Below, one piece after another: positions 12,347 through 18,762 of a DNA stretch of 64,000 bases. The stretch is from Acidobacteriota bacterium. GTDB taxonomy: Bacteria > Acidobacteriota > Aminicenantia > UBA2199. Numbering within the stretch: position 1 is the first letter of the stretch; each line of letters begins with the position of its first letter. The position numbers were made by a program, and so were the translations under genes. The stretch lies in NCBI GenBank assembly GCA_025456205.1, contig JALOLA010000005.1:5971-69970 (forward strand), written 5' to 3'. Below the pieces are notes generated by a model. It saw only the letters and a list, made by a program, of their open reading frames with translations, was not told where the DNA came from and did not search any database.

Positions 12347-14102
12347 CGGGATTCCCCTTCAGCGAATAGGCGGTAACGGCCAGGTACAGAACGATGGCCG
12401 CGAGCCCGATGATGTTCAGGAACATGGGCACGGCGCCGAACACGCCCTTGAAGTTCAGGGTGTTGACCAGGAAAAGGCCGGCGACGACGGACCAGAGGAG
12501 GAACAGGGGCGCGAAGACCCGGCCCTTGTCCCGGAAATTCAGTATGAAGCCCGGCACGACCAGGCAGACGGACAGCAGCAGCGAGTTCTTCAGGCGGAAT
12601 TGCCGGGCGATCTCCCGCTCCTTGAGCAGCTTCGCCTCCAGGAAGATGGGGTCCTTGATCAGGAACAGCTGGTAGCATTCCTCGCACAGGGCGTGCGACT
12701 GCGCCTGCTCGATCGACATCTTGCGGATGATCTTGCCGCACTTGCTGCAGAAGATGCTCTGGCCCAGCCCCGGGAAGAACTTCTTCAGCAGCGAGATGTA
12801 TGTCAGCATGACCAGGATGGCCAGCAGCACCGGGAAGCGCAGGAACTCGCCGGCCGTCACCTCAAGGAAATGCCAGAAATGGAACTTTTGCCAGGAATAG
12901 TTCAGCAGTCGGCGCCACAGGATCTTTTCCGGGAGGCGGTCCTTCTGCAGGACGGAGACCTTGTCCTTGAAGCGGCTGATCTGCGGATAGTTCTTGCTGT
13001 AAAAGAGGAACAGGTCGGGGTCGTTGTTCTTCAGCAGGGCCACGGTGAAGTTCTTCAGCGTCAGCGGGTTGCGGTCGTCCAGGCTGAGCGACTGTCGGTA
13101 ATACTGGATGCTCTGGGGGATGTTCCCCCTCTCGAAATGGATGTCCCCCAGCAGGTTGTACTTGAGGGGGGTGCCGTAGGCGCTGCCCGTTTCCAGGAGG
13201 ACGTCCAGGGCGGCGTCGGGCTGGTCGTGGTGGTAATAAGCGTAGGCCTGCATGACCTTCATCTCGTTGTCGAAGCGGCCGTAGGTTTCGGCGGGAAACA
13301 GCTGGCCGGAATAGAGCTGCTGGACGGCCTGGAAGCCAGGGCTGAGCATGCTTTTTTCCAGGTACTGGCCGATGCTGTAGAGCAATGCCAGCAGCAGCAG
13401 CAGGACCTGGATGCGCTTGACGTTGACGCGCTCGTCGTGGTTGAGATAGCCCCAGAGGAGGCCGCACAGCAGGAACGGGTAGAGCGCCCAGCCGCCGGTG
13501 ACCAGCAGCGGCCAGAGCACGAGCAGCAGCAGCAACAGCAGCTTCAGCATGTTGAAGCGCGAGCGGCCCTCGAGGATGAAGTCATGGGCGGCCAGCTTGA
13601 AGTAGCGGATGGTCAGGGCAACGGCGACCAGGAAGAAGAGCAGCAGCCCGGAGAACATGAGGGCGCTGAAGAAGCCGCCCAGCAGGAGCAGCGAGGCGGG
13701 AAAACTGCGCGTCACCTGGGCGAATTGCCGCGCCACGTTGGCGAAGCGCCAGATGACGCCCCCGCGGCGCCGGGAGATCTTTTCCAGCTTGTTGTACAGC
13801 GGCCAGGAGTCCTGGGGGGAGATGCTCAGCGCTTTCCTGTAGAACGCCTCGGCCAGGGCGTCGTCGTTCTTCAGGTAGCTGCGGTCGCCCAGCTCGGCCA
13901 GTTTCCTCATCAGTTCGATCTTGTCGTTGGGGGGCAGGCCCTCGGCGTCCAGGCGCTCCAGGTTGCGCCGCACCTCGCCCAGGTTGCCGCTGGCCTCGTA
14001 GAAGTAGATCTTTTTCAGGCTGCCCCAGGGGCTGGCGGCGGCGAGGGCGCCGGACAGCAGCAGCACCAGGGCGGCGGCGGTGCCGAGCATTCTCCTAGGC
14101 AT
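12336..14102 (-). CDS. Polytopic membrane protein with TPR-like segments and an internal CxxC...CxxC zinc ribbon
   Basis: 588 aa. Signal/anchor MPRRMLGTAAALVLLLSGALAAAS, TPR-like stretches (AEAFYRKALSISP; GNIPQSIQYYRQSLSLD), at least 8 hydrophobic helices, and CSKCGKII...CEEC between helices. No family recognised. Confidence 0.6.
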   Translation of the reverse strand: MPRRMLGTAAALVLLLSGALAAASPWGSLKKIYFYEASGNLGEVRRNLERLDAEGLPPNDKIELMRKLAELGDRSYLKNDDALAEAFYRKALSISPQDSWPLYNKLEKISRRRGGVIWRFANVARQFAQVTRSFPASLLLLGGFFSALMFSGLLLFFLVAVALTIRYFKLAAHDFILEGRSRFNMLKLLLLLLLVLWPLLVTGGWALYPFLLCGLLWGYLNHDERVNVKRIQVLLLLLALLYSIGQYLEKSMLSPGFQAVQQLYSGQLFPAETYGRFDNEMKVMQAYAYYHHDQPDAALDVLLETGSAYGTPLKYNLLGDIHFERGNIPQSIQYYRQSLSLDDRNPLTLKNFTVALLKNNDPDLFLFYSKNYPQISRFKDKVSVLQKDRLPEKILWRRLLNYSWQKFHFWHFLEVTAGEFLRFPVLLAILVMLTYISLLKKFFPGLGQSIFCSKCGKIIRKMSIEQAQSHALCEECYQLFLIKDPIFLEAKLLKEREIARQFRLKNSLLLSVCLVVPGFILNFRDKGRVFAPLFLLWSVVAGLFLVNTLNFKGVFGAVPMFLNIIGLAAIVLYLAVTAYSLKGNPDGF

Positions 14103-14373
14103 GCGCCGCTCCCGTTTTCCTGGCGAACAGCTCCTGCAGGTTCCCGATCATGTCGTCCAGGAAAGCCGCTTCATCGGAACGCAGGTTTGGCGCCGTCCTG
14201 CGCCGCAGTTCCTGGAGCAGGTCGATGAAAAAGCGGGCCCCCTCGGCGTCCAGGGCGGCTTCCCCGCTGAGGGGGTCGGGGATCTCTCCCAGGCGGATCA
14301 TGCCCTGGGCGGCCAGCAGGACGGCGATGGCGCGGATGTCCCTTTTTTCCGGGTAGATTTTGCCGATTCCCAT
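14095..14373 (-). CDS. DUF1844 small protein
   Basis: The C-terminal 92 aa of ORF 14095..15045, from ATG 14373: LLAAQGMIRLGEIPDPLSGEAALDAEGARFFIDLLQELRRRTAPNLRSDEAAFL matches the DUF1844 pattern. The rest of that ORF is antisense to mazG. Confidence 0.6.
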   Translation of the reverse strand: MGIGKIYPEKRDIRAIAVLLAAQGMIRLGEIPDPLSGEAALDAEGARFFIDLLQELRRRTAPNLRSDEAAFLDDMIGNLQELFARKTGAAHA

Positions 14374-14436
14374 GCCGATAACTATATCACAAGGCCGGGA
14401 CTTCTTCAAAGTCAATAGGCCGGCCGGCCCCGGCCC

Positions 14437-14465
14437 TTGCCATGGCGGTGGATTGCCGCTATGAT
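14437..14465 (+). promoter_or_regulatory. Sigma-70-type promoter candidate for mazG
   Basis: TTGCCA (14437..14442), 17 nt, TATGAT (14460..14465). Lies about 30 nt upstream of ATG 14497. Confidence 0.4.
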
Positions 14466-14496
14466 ATCCTATGGAGCGCCGATCCCGGGGACGAAA

Positions 14497-15264
14497 ATGA
14501 AAGAATTCAGCAAGCTGGTCCGCATCATGAAGAAGCTGCGCCACCCCCGCCGCGGTTGCCCCTGGGACCTGAAGCAGACGCCCGCCTCGCTGAAGGAGTA
14601 TGTCCTGGAGGAGGCCCACGAGCTGATCGAGGCCATCGACGGCGGCGACGCGGCCGCGGTCCGGGAGGAGATGGGCGACCTGCTGCTGCAGATCGTTTTC
14701 CTGGCCCAGATCGCCGCCGAAGAGGGCACATTCACCATCGCGGACGTGATCGACGGCATCGCCGGCAAGCTGGTCCGCCGCCATCCCCACATATTCGGCA
14801 GCGTCACGGTCAGCGGCGCCGACGAGGTCAAGGCCAACTGGGAGCAGATCAAGGTCGCCGAGAAGAACAAGCAGAGCGTGATCTCCGACTACCCGCTTTC
14901 GATGCCCTCCCTGCTGCTGGCCAACCGCATCGCCTCCCAGGCTTCGGGGGTCGGCTTTGACTGGGACGACGCCGCCAAGGCCCTCGACAAGGTCAGCGAG
15001 GAGGTCGCCGAGCTGCGCGCCGAGATCGCGGGCAACCGCCGGCACGAGGCCGAGGACGAGATCGGCGACCTGCTGTTCGCCGTGGCCAATGTGGCGCGGC
15101 TGCTGCAGATCAATCCCGAGTTCGCCCTGGCGCGCGCCAACCGCAAGTTCACCTGCCGCTTCCGCTTCATCGAGGCGGAGCTGCTCCGGCAGGGCAGGGA
15201 GATCGGTCAGGCGTCATTGGCGGAGATGGAGGAGCTCTGGCAAAGGGCCAAAACCGAAGAATAG
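14497..15264 (+). CDS. mazG: Nucleoside triphosphate pyrophosphohydrolase MazG (tandem MazG domains)
   Basis: MKEFSKLVRIMKKLRHPRRGCPWDLKQTPASLKEYVLEEAHELIEAI is the canonical MazG opening. A second EEVAEL...EIGDLLF module follows. Confidence 0.9.
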   Translation: MKEFSKLVRIMKKLRHPRRGCPWDLKQTPASLKEYVLEEAHELIEAIDGGDAAAVREEMGDLLLQIVFLAQIAAEEGTFTIADVIDGIAGKLVRRHPHIFGSVTVSGADEVKANWEQIKVAEKNKQSVISDYPLSMPSLLLANRIASQASGVGFDWDDAAKALDKVSEEVAELRAEIAGNRRHEAEDEIGDLLFAVANVARLLQINPEFALARANRKFTCRFRFIEAELLRQGREIGQASLAEMEELWQRAKTEE

Positions 15265-15434
15265 GTTCGATGTTCGAAGTTCGACGTTCGACGTAAAAAG
15301 AACCGAGCGAGCGTTTTCCTGAATTCGCTCCTCGATACTGGTTCAGGCTCGAACTAAATCCTTTTTCAATTCATCAGGATCGTTTCATTGCCTTTCAACT
15401 TCGAACATCGAACATCGAACTTCGAACTTTTTTT
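15265..15434. repeat. Heptamer-arm inverted repeat element B, with a T7 tract (terminator-like)
   Basis: Left arm 15265..15292 is gttcgat gttcgaa gttcgac gttcgac and starts immediately after the mazG stop. Right arm 15399..15427 is cttcgaa catcgaa catcgaa cttcgaa c, followed by TTTTTTT at 15428..15434. Sits between convergent mazG and the DUF151 gene. Confidence 0.85.
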
Positions 15435-15449
15435 ATTCAGGAAAGAGCG

Positions 15450-15944
15450 CTACTGCTCGATCTCGCCGAAGTCGTCCGCCGACAGGGAATCGAACCAGGA
15501 ATCAATCTTGTCCTCGCCGCTGAGGATGTTGCTGAACATGTCCGCCAGGACCGAGGTCTCCAGCACCTGCCGCGACACGTAGATCTTGGCCCGGTTCTTC
15601 AGGGCCAGGGCCACGGCGTCCGAGGGCCGGCAGTCGATGATCCTCTCCTTGCCGTCCCTCTCGATGTGCAGCTCGGCGTAATAGGTGTTCTCGACGATGT
15701 CGGTGATGATCACCTTGGCCAGGATGGCCTCGAGGTCGCACATGATGTTCTTCATCAGGTCATGGGTCATGGGCCGGGGCGAGCAGACGTTCTCCAGCTC
15801 CATGGCGATGGCGTTGGCCTCGTTCATGCCGATCCAGATGGGGATGACCTTTTTCTGGTCCAGGGCCTTGAGCACCATGACCGGAGACTTGGAGATCTGG
15901 TCCATGATCAGCCCGACAAGGTTCACTTCGACGAATCGTTCCAT
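15450..15944 (-). CDS. Bifunctional nuclease family protein (DUF151/BFN domain)
   Basis: MERFVEVNLVGLIMDQISKSPVMVLKALDQKKVIPIWIGMNEANAIAMEL...RPMTHDL...IDCRPSDAVALAL is the DUF151 signature. I chose ATG 15944 over the TTG at 15962. Confidence 0.8.
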   Translation of the reverse strand: MERFVEVNLVGLIMDQISKSPVMVLKALDQKKVIPIWIGMNEANAIAMELENVCSPRPMTHDLMKNIMCDLEAILAKVIITDIVENTYYAELHIERDGKERIIDCRPSDAVALALKNRAKIYVSRQVLETSVLADMFSNILSGEDKIDSWFDSLSADDFGEIEQ

Positions 15945-15949
15945 TAACT

Positions 15950-15978
15950 TATATAGTATCAAAAAGGTTATTTGTCAA
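15950..15978 (-). promoter_or_regulatory. Sigma-70-type promoter placing the TSS on the ATG of the DUF151 gene (leaderless candidate)
   Basis: The minus strand reads TTGACA (15978..15973), 17 nt, TATATA (15955..15950), AGTTA, then ATG (15944). There is no Shine-Dalgarno. Confidence 0.5.
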
Positions 15979-15999
15979 TTGTTCGAGCCTAAAGAATTA

Positions 16000-16146
16000 G
16001 GCGTAAGGTGTCAGGCGTAAGGCATAAGGTAAGAAAAAGAATTCAAGAGCGAATTTTTCATTTTCTATTACACATGGGCAGGATTCGCATCACTGAGAAA
16101 CGGGCTTTGATTCTGCCCTTGCGCCCTACGCCGTGAGCCTTACGCC
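16000..16146. repeat. Heptamer-arm inverted repeat element C
   Basis: Left arm 16000..16034 is ggcgtaa ggtgtca ggcgtaa ggcataa ggtaaga. Right arm 16118..16146 is cttgcgc cctacgc cgtgagc cttacgc c. Lies downstream of the SDR gene and upstream of the DUF151 promoter. Confidence 0.8.
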
Positions 16147-16160
16147 GAGGCCTGTTCCAT

Positions 16161-16910
16161 CTAATGCACGTAACTTGCCGCGTTGATGTCGATGGTGGAG
16201 CCGGTGGCGTGGTCGGCCAGGCCGCTGGCCAGGAAAGCGACGGTGGGAGCGATGTCCCCGGGCTCGGTCAGCCGCTCCAGGGCGATGTCCTTCAGCACCA
16301 GGTCCTCGCCGTGCAGGTCGATGAACTGCTGGGCCATTTGCGTGCGCGTGAAGCCGGGGGCGATGACGAAGGCCTGGATGTTGTCCTTGCCGAAGCCGCG
16401 GGCCAGGGAGCGCGTCAGGGAGACCACCCCGCCCTTGGAGGCGGCGTAGGCCAGGTAGGCGGGCACGTCGCCGCGGAAAGCGGCCCTGGAGGCGATGTTG
16501 ATGATGCGGCCGCCGCCGCGGCCCTGGAAGTGGCGCACGGCCTCGCGGCAGAGGATGCCGCAGGCGGTCAGGTTGACGGCCATGATGCCCTGCCAGTCGG
16601 CCAGCCAGCGGTCGTCATCGAGTTCCAGCGGCGAGTCGAGGGCGAAGCCGGCATTGTTGACCAGGATGTCCAGGCCGGAGAACTCGCGCGCCACGCGGCG
16701 GAAAAGGTCCCGGGCCTGGCCGGGGGAGGCCAGGTCGGCCTGGAAGGCCTGGACCTGCCCGGGAAAGTCCGCGGGGGCGATGGCGTGGGTGGAATAGTGG
16801 GCCGCCACGCGGGCGCCCGCCTCGGCCAGTTGCGCGGCGATGGCCCTGCCGATGCCCCGGCTGGCCCCGGTCACCAGGGCGTTCCTGCCTCTCAGGTCGA
16901 TCGTGAGCAT
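16161..16910 (-). CDS. Short-chain dehydrogenase/reductase (classical SDR)
   Basis: Internal ATG 16910, preceded by AGGAGG. MLTIDLRGRNALVTGASRGIGRAIA (TGxxxGIG), NNAG, and the YxxxK region YLAYAASKGG. Confidence 0.9.
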   Translation of the reverse strand: MLTIDLRGRNALVTGASRGIGRAIAAQLAEAGARVAAHYSTHAIAPADFPGQVQAFQADLASPGQARDLFRRVAREFSGLDILVNNAGFALDSPLELDDDRWLADWQGIMAVNLTACGILCREAVRHFQGRGGGRIINIASRAAFRGDVPAYLAYAASKGGVVSLTRSLARGFGKDNIQAFVIAPGFTRTQMAQQFIDLHGEDLVLKDIALERLTEPGDIAPTVAFLASGLADHATGSTIDINAASYVH

Positions 16911-16956
16911 GGTACCTCCTTGCCTGTCTGCTGGTGCATGCCGCCGCGCACGGGGG

Positions 16957-17421
16957 CTAGCCGCGGCGCACGGCCACCGTGGCGCGGTCGTCGCCCATGA
17001 CCCTGGGCTCGGCGAAGCGGACGCTGAAGTATCCTTCCACCTTGAAGGGCAGCGCATAGCCCTTCTCGCGGAAGAGCCCGATGAAATCATTGCCGTTGCC
17101 GCGCGGCAGCCGCCGGCAGCCGCTGGCGTTGGCCATGACCGGGAGCTCGACCGCCTCGATGCGGGTCGTCACTTCCGGCCGGCGGTCGAGGTGCTTTTTC
17201 AGAGCCTCCGCTTCCTGGCGGCTGAACTGCTCGTTGATATGCTCCTCGGGGAAAGCCCGTTCCTTTTCATTGAGCTGGCCGTAGTCCTGGATCGCTTCCG
17301 CGTAGGGAACAAGGGGGGCCGGGCGCTCGACCACAAACCAGGTGACCTTGACCTCCTCGTAGGCGGTGCCTTCGTATGTGAAGCCGCGGACCAGGGAATG
17401 GACGCTGAATAGTTCGTTCAT
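16957..17421 (-). CDS. Hypothetical protein, 154 aa
   Basis: Intact ORF with a non-repetitive, balanced amino-acid composition (unlike the Ala/Arg/Gly/Pro-rich shadow ORFs) and 46 nt upstream of the SDR gene. No family recognised. Confidence 0.5.
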   Translation of the reverse strand: MNELFSVHSLVRGFTYEGTAYEEVKVTWFVVERPAPLVPYAEAIQDYGQLNEKERAFPEEHINEQFSRQEAEALKKHLDRRPEVTTRIEAVELPVMANASGCRRLPRGNGNDFIGLFREKGYALPFKVEGYFSVRFAEPRVMGDDRATVAVRRG

Positions 17422-17612
17422 ATTGCTCTCCCAAAATTCATAAAAGAACTCGGCGTACGGCAGGCAGTGGGTGGCTCATGGCAACCGCGAATCGACGCAA
17501 TAGACCGGGCAATGGCTGTTGCCGTCGGCCATAGGTCATCTGCCGATCCCTTGCGATTGACTGCATCCGTCGACTCTCCAGACTATTTTGAAATCGCCAT
17601 CTCTGTTGTATC

Positions 17613-17641
17613 ACTATATCTTTTGCGTGAAATGATTTCAA
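17613..17641 (-). promoter_or_regulatory. Sigma-70-type promoter candidate with a long (about 185 nt) leader
   Basis: The minus strand reads TTGAAA (17641..17636), 17 nt, TATAGT (17618..17613), inside a low-GC 250-bp spacer upstream of the 154-aa ORF. Confidence 0.4.
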
Positions 17642-17671
17642 CTGACGCCTTCGATCCGGGAGGAAGCCTGC

Positions 17672-18574
17672 CTACCCGTCGCGCCGTAAGGAGCGGACGA
17701 TCTCCTCGCACTCCTCGCCGTTGAATCGATCCGCGACCGCCAAATAGCGCAGTTCCCATGGCAGCGGCCCGAAGGCGTTCTGATAGATCAATGCCGTGAT
17801 GTCCTGCCCCTCCCACCGATAGCGATACCAGAACCAGTGCCCGGGCACTCCCGGCCATTGCTGCCAGGATTCCAGGAGCTGGAAATCGGCAAAATTATTT
17901 TTATGAGCATGGATGGCCTTCTCCTGGAACTGCCACTCCGTCAGGTCGGAGGGCATGTACTTCCAGGTGATCAGCACGACCCGCTCATCCTTTTCGAGCG
18001 CGTCTTGGACATGGAGCGCCAGCGGGAAATTTTTGTTCGGGCGCACCTTGAATTCCGGGGGGCAGCGGACGATCATGCCGTTGTGCCCGGTATGCGTGGT
18101 CCACCCCTGGAGCCCATCCACGATTCCTGTCGCCTGTTGGAACGCCTGTTCCGCAGCCAGGATAGCGTTCGTCGCCTGTTGGGCCGCGGCGGCCGACAGC
18201 TGCGGCGACCGCGGAGAACGCTGCCACTCGGCATTGGATTGGATGAGCCCTTCCGCGCAGATGCGCATTACTTTCATCAGCCCGAACGGGCAATCGGCTG
18301 GGTCGGTGGAGCCGGAATGTATCGGTGCTTCCGCTCCCCGGAAAGCCAGATATTCCCCCTTGGCGCGGCGTACCAGATCAAGGGCCTCGGCGTAGCCCTG
18401 CTGTTCCCGATCACTTTTCGCCGCGCCGGACGCCGCTTGCAGGCGGACCAGGGCCGTCTCCAGCTTGCTATCCAGCGGCCAGTCCGCGAAGGCCCCACTG
18501 CGATCAGGGGGGGTGGTTGCCGGCACTGCGGCCAGCGTGAAAAAGAAAAATGCCATGGCTGCGATCTTCTTCAT
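17672..18574 (-). CDS. Secreted hypothetical protein, 300 aa
   Basis: Internal ATG 18574, preceded by GGGAGGGA. Signal peptide MKKIAAMAFFFFTLAAVPA. Trp-rich C-terminal half. No family recognised. Confidence 0.55.
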   Translation of the reverse strand: MKKIAAMAFFFFTLAAVPATTPPDRSGAFADWPLDSKLETALVRLQAASGAAKSDREQQGYAEALDLVRRAKGEYLAFRGAEAPIHSGSTDPADCPFGLMKVMRICAEGLIQSNAEWQRSPRSPQLSAAAAQQATNAILAAEQAFQQATGIVDGLQGWTTHTGHNGMIVRCPPEFKVRPNKNFPLALHVQDALEKDERVVLITWKYMPSDLTEWQFQEKAIHAHKNNFADFQLLESWQQWPGVPGHWFWYRYRWEGQDITALIYQNAFGPLPWELRYLAVADRFNGEECEEIVRSLRRDG

Positions 18575-18662
18575 CTTCCCTCCCTGCGGGTCGCAGTACG
18601 GTCCGCTTCCAGATAACAAGGATTGTAGTAAAACGACAGGCGCGAGTCAACCCGTTTCCGCC

Positions 18663-18691
18663 TTGACAATTTCGGGCCGTCCCGCTACAGT
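18663..18691 (+). promoter_or_regulatory. Sigma-70-type promoter candidate for the 823-aa gene
   Basis: TTGACA (18663..18668), 17 nt, TACAGT (18686..18691). Confidence 0.45.
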
Positions 18692-18762
18692 CTTCGTAAA
18701 TGCGGTCTGGAACGCCCGTCCCGGCCCCGCAGCAACCGGGAAACCAAGGCGGGGAGGAAATC

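Noticed and set aside
14374-15045. Upstream two-thirds of ORF 14095-15045
   Set aside because: Antisense to mazG and low complexity. Only the last 92 codons (DUF1844) look real.
15265-15292. GGTTCGA strings as tRNA T-arm remnants or a tRNA gene
   Set aside because: GGTTCGA recurs only as a heptamer unit. No acceptor stem, anticodon arm or cloverleaf can be built. I found no tRNA-like sequence in any intergenic region.
17540-17600. CTGGAGAG in the long leader as a glycine riboswitch
   Set aside because: Only this short string matches. The conserved ACCGAAGGGGCAA-type core and the tandem aptamer architecture are absent.
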